From contig NW_021835457.1 of assembly GCF_006345805.1 (NCBI RefSeq), forward strand, positions 1 through 64,000: 64,000 bases of DNA. The letters run 5' to 3'. A model generated the notes under the pieces. It saw only the letters and a list, made by a program, of their open reading frames with translations, made no database searches and had not been told where the DNA came from. Source of the DNA: Octopus sinensis. Taxonomy: Eukaryota. This document shows, piece after piece, positions 22,742-34,380 of this stretch. The first letter of the stretch is position 1. Each line of letters begins with the position of its first letter. A program made the translations under genes and the position numbers.

Positions 22742-25079
22742 CTAGCTCGGCAGCTCGCTTCGCTCACCGCGACCTAGCTCCTGCGGAGGGCCTGTTTCAT
22801 CAAACAACTATAAGTTTATGTAGATGTATAAAACTACCTGGTTTAATGTAACCCTATTCTATCGCCTGTTGATAAACGATGTTTGTCGTCCGTCCTTCCT
22901 TGGCATATATGAATAAATTTTCTCTTCTGCCTACCCTCGAGCATCCCACATACAGCTGTCCATGTGAAAAGCACTCACTCTCTAAAAATAACCCAACTAC
23001 CTTTAATGACTGTCCTGGGCCTTGTTTATTGTCATTGCAAACTTTTTTTTTCATTTTTTGTGGTCTATTTTTTTTATATTAATTTTTTCATTTTTCCTTT
23101 GTAATTTCCTTTTTTTTCTTTTTTTTTTTTTTGTTTTTTACTGGCAAAAATGGGGCAGGGGGAGATGCGGCAGGCAAGAAAGCGACACACAAAAAAGATT
23201 TAATTAATTACCTTATTAAGCTGACCGTTTTTTTCTTCAGCTTCGTTTTTCCTCCTTCGGTTATCTATTTAAAAAATTATTTTTGAATAATAAAAAGTTT
23301 AGGAAAAGAGGCATACCGAAAATAAATTCTATCTTTACGAAAACTCAAGTAAATAGTTAAATTTTTACGCAAATTCTTCTGATTGCGCTGTCAATTGGTG
23401 GTAAATTGTGTTAATGGTTGTGCTAATGTGGTTTCAACTATCAAAGTGTTTTTCAAAATCTGTTAATTGCACACTCTATTCAAGGTCGTGCGTCAATGGT
23501 GGTGGTAAATTGTGTTAATGATTGTGCTAATGTGGTTTCAACTATCAAAGTGGTTTTTCAAAATCTGTTAATTGCACACTCTATTCAAGTCGTGCAATCT
23601 GTGATTGCACATTCTGTCAAAGTCAAATATGATAATAGCTTAATTTTGATTCATGGTCGATAATGATATATGCATTTATTTTAAAGAGAAAAACATAGGA
23701 TGAATTGAATTTCTTTATCGCGAATAATTGGGAGTTCATCATTGTTAATATTCTCGCTGTCGTTTTCATCAAGGATATTCTTAATACGTGAGATTTTTGC
23801 CTTGAAGGTTTTAATGGACCTCATCATGAATGTCGAGGACATTCGCGTTGTTCATTTTAATCAAATGCAGAAAATAATTTTTTGATTTTTTGGGGGGAAG
23901 GTTTTAAGGACTTCATCATGTAAGTCGAGGACATTGTAGTTGTTCATTTTAACCAAAATGCAGAAAATTTTTTTTTAATTTTTTTTGGGGGGGAAGGTTT
24001 TAAGGACTTCATCATGTAAGTCGAGGACATTGTAGTTGTTCATTTTAACCAAAATGCAGAAAATTTTTTTTAATTTTTTTTGGGGGGAAGGTTTTAAGGA
24101 CTTCATCATGTAAGTCGAGGACATTGTAGTGTTGTTCATTAACCAAAATGCAGAAAATTTTTTTTTAATTTTTTTGGGGGGGAAGGTTTTAAGGACTTCA
24201 TCATGTAAGTCGAGGACATTGTAGTTGTTCATTTTAACCAAAATGCAGAAAATTTTTTTTTATTTTTTTTTGGGGGGGAAGGTTTTAAGGACTTCATCAT
24301 GTAAGTCGAGGACATTGTAGTTGTTCATTTTAACCAAAATGCAGAAAATTTTTTTTTAATTTTTTTTGGGGGGGAAGGTTTTAAGGACTTCATCATGTAA
24401 GTCGAGGACATTGTATTGTTCATTTTAACCAAAATGCAGAAAATTTTTTTTAATTTTTTTGGGGGGAAGGTTTTAAGGACTTCATCATGTAGTCGAGGAC
24501 ATTGTAGTTGTTCATTTTAACCAAAATGCAGAAAATTTTTTTTAATTTTTTTGGGGGGAAGGTTTTAAGGACTTCATCATGTAAGTCGAGGACATTGTAG
24601 TTGTTCATTTTAACCAAATGCAGAAAATTTTTTTTAATTTTTTTTGGGGGGAAGGTTTTAAGGACTTCATCATGTAAGTCGAGGACATTGTAGTTGTTCA
24701 TTTTAACAAAATGCAGAAAATTTTTTTTTAATTTTTTTTGGGGGGAAGGTTTTAAGGACTTCATCATGTAAGTCGAGGACATTGTAGTTGTTCATTTTAA
24801 CCAAAATGCAGAAAATTTTTTTTAATTTTTTTGGGGGGAAGGTTTTAAGGACTTCATCATGTAAGTCGAGGACATTGTAGTTGTTCATTTTAACAAAATG
24901 CAGAAAATTTTTTTTTATTTTTTTGGGGGGAAGGTTTTGACCACCTCATCATGTAAGTCGAGGACATCGTATTGCCAATTTGAAGTTGGTGTGCACACAC
25001 AGACAGACAGACAGACAGACACACAGACAGACACACAGACAGACAGACAGACACACACCATACCATTTTATTATTAAGA
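22742..25079 (-). mobile_element. Non-autonomous Helitron, copy 3
   Basis: Same A|TCTTAATAATAAAATGG 5' end and CTAG|T 3' end as copy 1, and near-identical to it. It has a shorter helicase tail ([10 protein letters not shown]...QQAIE*) and an expanded (GACA/CA)n microsatellite at ~24995-25058. Confidence 0.92.
23810..24970. repeat. ~93-95-bp minisatellite in Helitron 3 (about 13 units)
   Basis: 13 occurrences of gtcgaggac between 23833 and 24965. Units differ mainly in homopolymer length. Confidence 0.95.
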
Positions 25080-27619
25080 TATACAAAACCAGAATTCAGA
25101 ATTAAGATAGAATAGATTAATTGCGAACTCTAGAGATGATTTAATCCTCAGCAATAGAATAGTCTAAAACAGATTATTAAAAATAATAGAGAAAATGACT
25201 ATAAAACAAAAAATATGAACAAAACTAAAAAAAACACAGCACGATTATAATTTATTATAATTGTTTCATAATAAATAATTTTTAAGTTAAAAATTATAAA
25301 ATAAGTAAATATAGATCTTCACGCGGCGCATTTTATATCGTCCCGCGGCACAAAAATGTGCCGCGGCGCAGTGTTTGAAACCTCTGGTGTAGAGGGTTGA
25401 GTTGTTGATTTTCTGAGGTCATTGTAAGCCATTTAAGACACGAAGCTTTTTTCTGTGAAAGGAATCAAAATTCCTTGTTTCGGTATCGAAAATGCTTTAT
25501 GTAGATAAACGGGTTTCGGTATCGAAAATGCTTTATGTAGATTGTAGATTCTAGAAAGTAGAGAGGGGTGCAAAGGACAATCTCGTATCCAGTCCTTCAT
25601 GACGGTTTTTAGAGCAGCAGCGGCCAGAGTTTTTGTGCGCGTTATGTCCTCCCGGTCTCCAAGAGTGAGCCATGCTTTTTCAACAGTCTCCATAAGCTGG
25701 ATATCTAAACGTAATACATCGACAACGTTGGACTTGTCAGTGTTTATAATTAGGGACCATTCTCCGAGTTTTTCCAGTGCAATTTCCAATTGTCTGAGGA
25801 GCGCGGATTTGATCAGCGTGAATTACTTCAGTGATTAGCCCCTCATATAGGCTTCTCAGCTCTCGCAAGGCAGACTAGAGGTAGATCACAAACAGCAGAG
25901 GCAAGTAAGAGTTACCTTGAGGGGTCCCCACATTTGTCAGGAAAGGTCTGGACAATGATGTTCCAAGGCGAACAGTGAGTTTCGGACGTCTGCGGTTGAA
26001 ATAATCATAATTTAATACAAAATAAAAATATAAAAATTTAGAATCTAAATACAAATTCAGAAATGAATAATTGAAATTACATTATAATATATTTATTTTA
26101 TTATAGTTAATTTTTTCTGGGAAACCAAATGTAAATATATAACCAGTGAGAAATTTCTTTGTGAGAAATTTTTTGTTGTTTGTTGTTTTCTTAATTTGAT
26201 TAAATTTTATTCTATTTATACAATTAAAATTTGTTAAATATATTGTTGACTTACAGAATTTCTTATAATATTCGATATTCTATAATTAAATTGGCCTTAT
26301 TCTTACAATAATTTAATCATTTTTTCCATTTTAACGCTTTATATACTTTTTGGATTTTTGCACACATTTATTTTCTGTCTATTTATTATTATATTTTTAT
26401 TTTCACTATCATATGAACATATATCTAAAGAAAAACTAATCAAGTTCCTCATATGCCATAAATGTATTCCTTTATCATATTTTCCCAGCGATTTTGGTTT
26501 TATCCACGCATTACCATATAATTTCGAGATAAGGTGGTTAAATCGAAATGTGGTTTTGAAGAGATTTTTTTATTTAAGATAAGAAATCAAAAAATTGGAA
26601 CGCCAATCCCCTCTTTCAGCGTATTACATTATTATGTGCGTGATCATGAGAAATATCTGAAGATGCAAAACCACATTCTTGTCAATATAAAATATTTCTT
26701 TAAAAATTAGCCAGATTTAGTACATAGATTTCGTTTTTTTTCTTGGTCTATCATTTCAATAGCGTACTGTTTTTAACCTAATACATAGCCAGATCAGTAA
26801 AATGAGTATTAAAATATATTTATATATTTTCAAAGCTTATTTTTATGTTATTTGATTTTTTGAAATCTGGTATGTGTCCTCTAATGAATAATGAGAATTT
26901 AATCATTTTTTTTGAAATTTTAAATTTTCTTTAAATGAGAGACCCAAATATCATTGTTGTAATGCTTTTTGTAAATTAACCCAGCCGAACGGATTGCTTG
27001 CGCGTTCCCGCGCACGATTGCGAGATCCTCTGCCTCAACCAAGAGGACTCGCGAGCATTAATCATTTATTTTTGCAAATCACTCTTCATAGAATGAAATT
27101 ATGATTCTAAAAATATTTTGAATTTTTTTAATTTTTTGGATGTTTTGGAGAATATATAACTATAATTTATAAAATTTTATTCAACAAAGAAATGAATAAA
27201 GATTTAATCAAAAATGCGGCTTTTTAGAAAAATTCAAAAATTCCATTAAAGAGAAATCCGTGATGTCTGTCCAAGAAGTAGCCTCTGAATCTAGACTGTT
27301 GGCTTAGATAAATCTGCCCTTCCGTGACAGAACGTAAGCCCTAAGCGGGTGAAATTGATGTAACAAAATATATAAATTACGAAAACTAAATAAAAATTAT
27401 GCCACGAGCCGAGAATGAAACCGTGCCGAAGGTTAAAACTATGACAATTGAAATCAATGTTAAACAATTTTTTCCCTTTTCTAACTGTCCATAAACTAAC
27501 TTGTTTTTAAAAAATATTAATCGCTATCAATTATTTTTAATGGATGCTTATGAATAATCTGTTAATGCTAGCAGGAGTAGGTGCTGAAAAAGTAGTAAGG
27601 AGCCTAAAAAACAACACAA

Positions 27620-27830
27620 CTAAGCCGCAGTTTCCGCGGAGCACGACGACCGAGATTTGCTAAAAGAGCCAGTTCGTCTCCTTCTGTTGTTTGTTTTCAA
27701 GGAAATTCTTTTAACAATGTCAGTGAGGAGTTGAGACGCGGCCTCGCCGACAATTCCTGAGGTTCCGAATACAAGGGGGGCAAACTCAAAAACGTCTGAA
27801 ATACACAAGTCCCAAACCATTATTGTTAAT
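27620..27830 (-). mobile_element. CRE-like RLE retrotransposon 3' fragment
   Basis: FEFAPLVFGTSGIVGEAASQLL...KRISLKT parallels YLFTPIAVETSGVIGEKCLSFL..MISLKR at ~56830. Confidence 0.65.
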
Positions 27831-28255
27831 TACTTTTTAATACGTTTAAAATGCACCTTCCTCATTAGTTTTAACATTGACATAATTGTTGGACAATTTT
27901 AGCTGCTGAGGCTGCAAAAATTTGAGACAAACTAAAAAGAAAGACAATACTTATGGCCGCTGTCAAAAACATTGGGTTTCTCGAATTTTCGGCCGATTCA
28001 CATATCCATTGCAATACCAATGATATTTTTGAATCAAAAAAATTTTGGAAAAAAGATCTTTCAGTTGATAAGTGGAGGTGCGAAGTCTAGTAGTTTATTG
28101 TGTTCGAGTGATCTGATAGCCTAAGTTGAAATGTGGTTGTGTATTAGTCTGAACATAGTTGATCTGTTTTTCGGGGAAGGTATTTTTAAGAGGGGTCTTA
28201 ATTTTTTCCCAAGAATTACGATAATTTGACTTTTGTTTCTTGGCCGAGGAACACA

Positions 28256-28365
28256 TAACGTCACGCTAAGACCGGAAGGAAGGTGAGAGATCCCCATTTT
28301 TCAACTGTGTCGTGCCAGAAGGACTCGTCGCCTCGTGAGCAAGGAAACGATAACGAGAATTAACC
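28256..28365 (-). mobile_element. SINE core fragment
   Basis: cacgctaag.ccggaagg...gagatccccattt..caactgtgtcgtgccagaag.actcgt.gcctc...aacgataacgagaatta is shared with 36065-36170. Confidence 0.75.
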
Positions 28366-28501
28366 AAGTCTCCATAAGAGGAAGATAGTTGGCTATATTT
28401 TGATTTTAAGGCAGTTGCTTAAAATGGAAATTTTAAATGGTATTAAATCAAATAATTTAAAATTATTTTTATTTCGTTTATTTGTTTGTGGTGTAGTATT
28501 T

Positions 28502-29036
28502 ATGGACTATACAGCAATCATTAGTTTTTCATCTTTTTTAAGTTCAATTCTCATTGCAGTTTTATCCTTACTCCAAGTACGAGCACAGCTAACATTTTTA
28601 AGGCCAGCAACTTTGAAGACCTCCTGCAGAACTACACGAATGTAATCGATCATTGTAACTTTACAAATAAAGTATATTTTCTACATTTTTTTACATTTAG
28701 CTTCTTATTTTTGAATATGTTGCTCAATTTATCGTAACCATATTCTGGCTATTTACAGGAGTCATTACTTTCACTACCTTCAATATAGCAATCTCGGCTT
28801 ATAATATTTGGAGGTCAAAATGATGATTTATTACAAACAGATATCTAAAAAGACCCCAAATGTCTGGATATGGGTTATATGATTACGTAACAGTGATGAA
28901 CAATGACGTCAGCAGTTATGCAATTCGGGAGGGCTACATTAAGATGGCCACATATGGACTGAGTGCCATTCTTTACTTGCTCATGTTATACGAGGTTGTA
29001 TTGAACTTTAGGTTTGTCTTTCTTGTGGCAAATTGA
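28502..29036 (+). CDS. CNIH1: Cornichon homolog (ER cargo receptor), 4 introns of 26-28 nt
   Basis: Spliced: MDYTAIISFSSFLSSILIAVLSLLQ|ASNFEDLLQNYTNVIDHCNFTNK|LLIFEYVAQ...AYNIWR|YLKRPQMSGYGLYDYVTVMN...REGYIKMATY...|FVFLVAN*. This matches the cornichon pattern (NPIDQCN..LVLPEY; RPVMSGPGLYD). It is absent from the ORF track as a single unit. Confidence 0.9.
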
Positions 29037-30250
29037 ACTTATTTCGGTGATAAATTAAACTTTTATTAATCATTCTTTCTTTTTATAATTATTGAAACTG
29101 ATTTTTAGTAATTAGAGGTCTAAAAACACAAAAAGTTGAATAAACTAAATTTATCGTCATTTTAGTCAAGTTTTGACTTTATCATAAAACAGGTCATTAA
29201 TATGGAATTTCGCCTCTCCGACGGAAGGATACAAAAAAGGAAGAAATATAAACGACCATCAATCGACGGAAAGATTTATAAATAAATATTATAAAATTAA
29301 AAAATATAGATGATATTAGCATGCGGATTTTAATGTCGAGGGGTGTATTTGTGACAAAGATGTTGTGATTGGTTCAATGATATGTAATACGGAAAGATAA
29401 GCATGAAGAGGATACAAATAGAAATAACATTTTCAATCGATAAATACAAATTTCGTAGTTAGACCAAATTAATAAAATTAAAATAACAAAATTTAAAAGA
29501 ATAATTCCGGAATTTAAAATCAAAACACCAAACTTGATAATCGAATGAATATCAATAAAATTAAATATAAATTGTCAATTTAATTATAAAACAAAATGAA
29601 AAGACCTCCATACAAAACGACACAAAAACGCCCGGGATAACTTTTATTCTAATAAGGTTATCCATTAAAAAATGTTTCTCCGGTCCAATTTTTTAGTTTT
29701 TTCAAATAAATTTAACCTCTTTATTCCGGACACAGACCTACCTGATTTCGAATTTTTTCTGTCAAAAAAAACTCAAATCAATTTTTAAAATAAGTTGTAA
29801 GGAACTAGATGTTTCTACGCAGATTAACCTGAAGTTAGTTTATAACTGTTTTTTCTAACGGCCAACGAGACCTCTGGATATTTGGAAGGGCCATTTTTGT
29901 TTTATGTTGGCTCTAATGAGGTCTTCGACTCATTTTGGAATACGCCTTCCACAAAATTACTTAACCACAATAGTCCAAAATTCTTGTTTCCTTCTTTATA
30001 ATAACTACTCCTGACTTTCCACATTTACACTGGGAATCGAATATTTTCCAATTTTACTTTGATCTTCAAGTGATCGAACTTGAAATGAATTTTGTTTCAT
30101 TTTTCAACCATAGGCTAAATTCTTCAATTAAAAGGGTTATTTAAAATTTACCTTACAAGTCTAAAAATTTACAAGCCAAAACAATATCATACAATAATTA
30201 AAAATACAATAAAACCGAGTATATAAATACTACATAGTTTATTTATTACA

Positions 30251-32485
30251 ATGTCTTTTACCTATGCAATGCTCGGTTTCGATTTTGTTTCATTTATAGG
30301 AATACTTTTTTGCGGGTCTATATACGGTACATATAAGAGGGGTTTATGTTAAGGATTTGAGTCTGAATATATCTATAATTATGACGGTCATTCATACTAC
30401 TTTGCAAAAAACGCTGATTCAGGAACTTTTTACAAAGACAATTGTGTTATGGAGGGGTACTACCCGGTTGATATAACAAGCGATGCAGAAAATAACGTAG
30501 TTGCAAGTTAGCAAACTATTTGTATTCGAGGTGTGCTCCGAAAGGACTATTTTATTGGAATAGATATCAAAACTAATCCTGACACGTATATTAGTTATCA
30601 CTAGGGCAATTTTTTTTTAACCTAAAAACTTCGATTTTTTAACCTAAAAATTTTAACTTTTTAACCTAAAAATAACCAAATTTTAACCTATAAAACAAAA
30701 ATTTTAACCTAAAAATTTTTAACTTAAGAATCATTTATTATACAAACATATAACATAATTCTCTATATTTTCAATATTAAAATTTCTGTTATCCCTCATA
30801 AAGTTTTTAATTTGAGAGAAGCATCGTTCTATGGAAGAGGATGAAGGCTGACACTTTAAAAGCATACAATATTCTTCAGGAGAAATTGATGAATTTGTCA
30901 TTCTTATAATTGACATAAATCATTTTTTTGTAATCGTTCATTCAAATATTTTTCAATTATATCTGATTCGTCGTCAAATTTTAAATTCTTTAGCTCATTG
31001 TAAGCTAACTCTATTGAGGAGTGAGAACTTTCAAATTTGCACAATAATTCTGCTATTATTAAACTAGTTTTACCTGGAATTGTCGAATAATTTCTAACAA
31101 TAGAACTTAAGCTTTTTACTAGAGATTCATCTCTTAGGCTATTTTTTGCAGCCTGAACAATGATTCCATCATCAGGAATTGTTTTGAAAATGTTTATCAC
31201 ATGTATTAAATTTTTTGCATAATAAAATGCAGCAGTTAGCCAAGTACCCCATCTAGTTAAAACTACATGAGGTGGAATTCCAATTTCATTAAATAGTCGT
31301 TTTCTCTTGTTATTTTTTGTTATTGCCGCTTGAATTGATGCAATAAGAGAATCAATTTCAGGATAAATAGTCCTGATTTTCATTGAACAATTATGCATCA
31401 GATGAGCAACACAAGTTACGTGAACATATATTTAGCGGAATCTGTTATTAGGAGAAGGAAATTTGTCTTTCAATTAAAACGCATTTAATCGTATCGTCAA
31501 CAATTTGAATAATTGTTTCTTGGTAGAAGTTTTATCAATTTTTACGAAAGAAATCAAATAAGTTTTATCGGGATTTTTAAGTATCCCCATTAAAACTGCA
31601 ACAAATTTTTGACTACGAATAGTGACCTCGTCACTTATGGCGAATACAAGTTGATTTCTAAAAAATTATATATTCATAAACCTAAACTTTTCTTGAAATA
31701 ATACAATATATTCAGTTTTCAATTGTTTAACGCACATTCTTGCTTTGTATTGGGAAGGAAGAGGCAAAGAAGTATTCTTGAATAAATTCTTTAGAGGAGG
31801 CATAGTCAATTTATGCAAGGGTATATCGCATTGAATAAATGCTTTAGTGACTTGCATTGACCAGTCATCATTGGGTAACTCGTCCAAACAAGGCTGATAG
31901 AAATTATTCTCTAAAAATTATATTAATTTGTAAAAACTTAATAAATTTAAGTGCTTCTTCGATTCTCGGTGAGAATTCACAAAATGCTTTTTCTCACACC
32001 TGACTGTGCATAAGCAAAGTTGACATTGCAACTCGCCATTCTCTCGTAATAAAAACTCCAGCGGATATTCAATAACAATTTTTTTTGCCTTAAAATACAT
32101 TGTTTTTGCAGTTCTTGGCATACTAAACACCCACGCGCTATTTAAAATAAAGTTAAAATTTTTAACTTTATAAAAAATTTTTTTTAACTTTTTAACTTTA
32201 TTTTTTTCTTTAATAAGTAACTATTTCATTTAAAAAATACTTTATTTTTACTTTTAAGCCAAAATACACATTTTCATATATTTTAACTTTTTTAACTTAA
32301 AATGCCCTAGTTATCACACTAGAACGGAAATTGTAATTAACATAAAGCATAATCTATAAGTATATACAAACTTCTTAGAAGGCATAAGTTCCAATGGTCT
32401 AGTGAGTGTTGCCGTAATTAAACACATAAGTGGAAAATGGACTCTCTTAAAAGAACCTTCACAAAACTTTTATATTTGCGAAAAA
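30251..32485 (+). pseudogene. Secreted or membrane C-type-lectin-domain gene interrupted by a hAT
   Basis: Hydrophobic leader MSFTYAMLGFDFVSFIGILFCGSIY, a 27-nt intron, then YNYDGHSYYF...DNCVMEGYYPVDITSDAENNVVAS|VLRKDYFIGI...SYH[hAT]TRTEI|YTNFLEG...GKW...FYICEK. The frame is restored when the hAT and one TSD copy are removed. Confidence 0.65.
30602..32309 (-). mobile_element. hAT transposon with CGGBP1-like transposase, copy 2 (distinct family member)
   Basis: TIRs TAGGGCA / TGCCCTA with a perfect TSD GTTATCAC (30594-601, 32310-17). Subterminal ttttaacctaaaaa/ttttaactt repeats. ORFs MPRT...LQCQLCLCTVRCEKKHFVNSHRESKKH, PPHVVLTRWGTWLTAAFYY and SSSSIERCFS. Confidence 0.92.
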
Positions 32486-32599
32486 GTAATAGTCCATGTA
32501 ATTTTTTTTAATTAAAATATCATCGTCAGGCGTTAACATAACCTCAAATAAACTTCTAAATTGTAATGCAACTTTAAATATTAAAATAGTAAATTACGA

Positions 32600-33190
32600 C
32601 CATTTGTTTGTATTCGGGGGACACTCGTATTATATTTATTCTGTATACCGAAACTATAATATTTTGGGTTCTCTGAAGTTTTTCAAGGTTTGGAATAGAT
32701 AAGCAGGAGCCCCAAGCAGGGACAGCGTAGTTCATTGTTGTTCTGATAAACTGCTTGTATACAGTTACTAGACTCTCCTTATCCTGCCCAAATGACGTCC
32801 CCGCAATAGCTCGAAACACATTGAGTTTTTTTCTGGAATTTTTTACAGATGTATAAAACATGTTTCGAGAAAGATAAACAGCAATCAAATTTCAGACCCA
32901 AGATTTTGGGGGATTTTTCAACTGGGAGAGGAATGTTGTCTAGGAACAGTTTAGGCTCTAAGTTGAACTGATGACGGTCAGTTGTGAATAAAGTAGCAGA
33001 TGATTTGGATGGGGAAGGTTGAAGAAGATTGCATTTCAGCCAGGACGATAGAGTGTTCATGTGTTCCTGCAGAAATCCAGAAGCGGTGTTAATGTTTTGG
33101 TGGCGTGAGGCAATAATTATGTCATCAGCTTAGGAAAAAAGTAGAGTATTATTTCCCCAATTGGAGGTCGCACTGTATATGTCTACTATC
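32600..33190 (-). mobile_element. LINE (jockey/I-like) RT C-terminal fragment
   Basis: YADD-region remnants, then LSSWLKCNLLQPSPSKS...PKILGLKFD..LSF..H / RAIAGTSFGQDKESL..VYKQFIR..NYAVPAW...LQRTQN. Confidence 0.8.
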
Positions 33191-34083
33191 GACATTAAGT
33201 AAGAAAAATGATCATTTTGATTTTTAAATCTACAATAATAACTAATAAACTTTCAACTTTTTAAAAACAATGAAATCGACTTGAAACCTTTCATTAGGTA
33301 AATCAGTGACAATATGGCTCGAATCGTTATACTGTTTCAGTGGTACAGCAAACATGCATATATTACACTCCCTTAAGACTTGGCGAATGATGTTTCGATT
33401 GACTACAAAAAATTTCCTTCTGAAAAGTGCATCCAGACAATGGTTTGTTTCGTGGATTTCTTGAACACTTATTTTTATTTCTTTAATGCTTGTTAAAGCT
33501 ATAACAAGATTGTCAAGTAGATTAGTATTTCGGAAAATAGTTTTCTGTCAATAAGAATAAAATTTTCAGCTTTCATTTTCAATCGGAATTTTCTAACTTT
33601 CAAAATATCCACGTTTTTCCTTCAAGGACGGATTTCTGTAAAATTGTACTCTGCATAATCTTTAAAAAACATTATCATTTGGGCCATTAGGTCAACATAA
33701 TTATTTTAACGTGGATTATTATTTTATAGCGAGCTGTCATAATTACAGTCTCGGCTTGGTTTCACTTTAGGCTCTTAAATATATAAACAAAATTAAATAC
33801 AAAGTTTAAGCAAATAATAATCGATCATTAAGCATTTTAGTTTGATCTTACTTTGTTGAATCGAAAAAAAATTTGATGCAAGTTAGGTAAGTAACTAAAA
33901 TGATATTCGAGAGCCTAAGGATCAGCTGCGTATTAAATAGCAGTTTAGAATAAAGGATTATGAATTTTATTTTCCCATGCGTTATTGGTCAGGCTGTTTG
34001 AATAAATCAGGGCGAGTGAAATAGGCATTACAAGATACTAGGTTGTTTCCAAGAATGAATGTGTCTGGAAAAGTTTGTGTAGG

Positions 34084-34262
34084 CAAAAAATCCTATCCAA
34101 AACTGCCTTAAAAATATCACCCAGACAAAAACCCAGAAAGCGGCGAAAAACTATAAAACCTCCCATATAACCATTCAAAATAGTTAAAAAATTTCGAACG
34201 TCTACGAAACCCTAATCAACCCCGTAAACGTGATTTATACGACAAATATGGGAAGGAAGAAT
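34084..34262 (+). pseudogene. Second DnaJ J-domain fragment retaining intron 1
   Basis: aaatcctatccaaaactgcc..aaatatcacccagacaaaaacccagaa...(c)tataaaacctcccatataaccattcaaaatag...gacaaatatggg. It shares a diagnostic intron variant with 3781-3925. Confidence 0.85.
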
Positions 34263-34380
34263 TAAGGAAACAATTAAAAGAAGGAATTACCGCTAAAAAT
34301 AAAATTTTATACTTAGACTAAAGTTAAATATAAACGAATAAATTTTAATGAAAACAAGTTCAAGTGGGGCAATCACAAAT

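Larger units (their letters stand above)
21159..25386 (-). mobile_element. Buster-type hAT element B, hosting a pogo remnant and Helitron 3
   Basis: Ends CATAGGTTTTCAC / GTTTGAAACCTCTG with a perfect TSD GTGTAGAG (21151-58, 25387-94; nnnTAnnn is typical of Buster). Subterminal cgcggc(a/g)ca motifs. C-terminal fragment LIELFNDRTLKL...EFWIKIR...KAMRIILQFST. Confidence 0.85.
20165..25990 (-). mobile_element. LINE RT/3' region (25387-25990 and 20165-20467) split by a nested hAT block
   Basis: RT motifs appear at 25800-25990 (FVIYL, IHAD-like), followed by ALEKLGEWSLIINTDKS. Removing 20468-25394 joins LRKSTTQPST to GSTTLRYD...FLKEAGIT* with no stop. Confidence 0.6.

Noticed and set aside
10190-24970. 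~94-bp tandem arrays as CRISPR arrays or repeat-protein genes (ORFs MNNKKVLDSH..., MNNYNVLDLH...)
   Set aside because: The units are contiguous with no unique spacers and no cas genes are present. The arrays lie inside Helitrons, and their reading frames break at homopolymer length changes.
24995-25058. (GACA)n tract as a telomeric or independent satellite
   Set aside because: It is the expanded 5' microsatellite of Helitron 3; shorter versions occur at the same position in copies 1 and 2.
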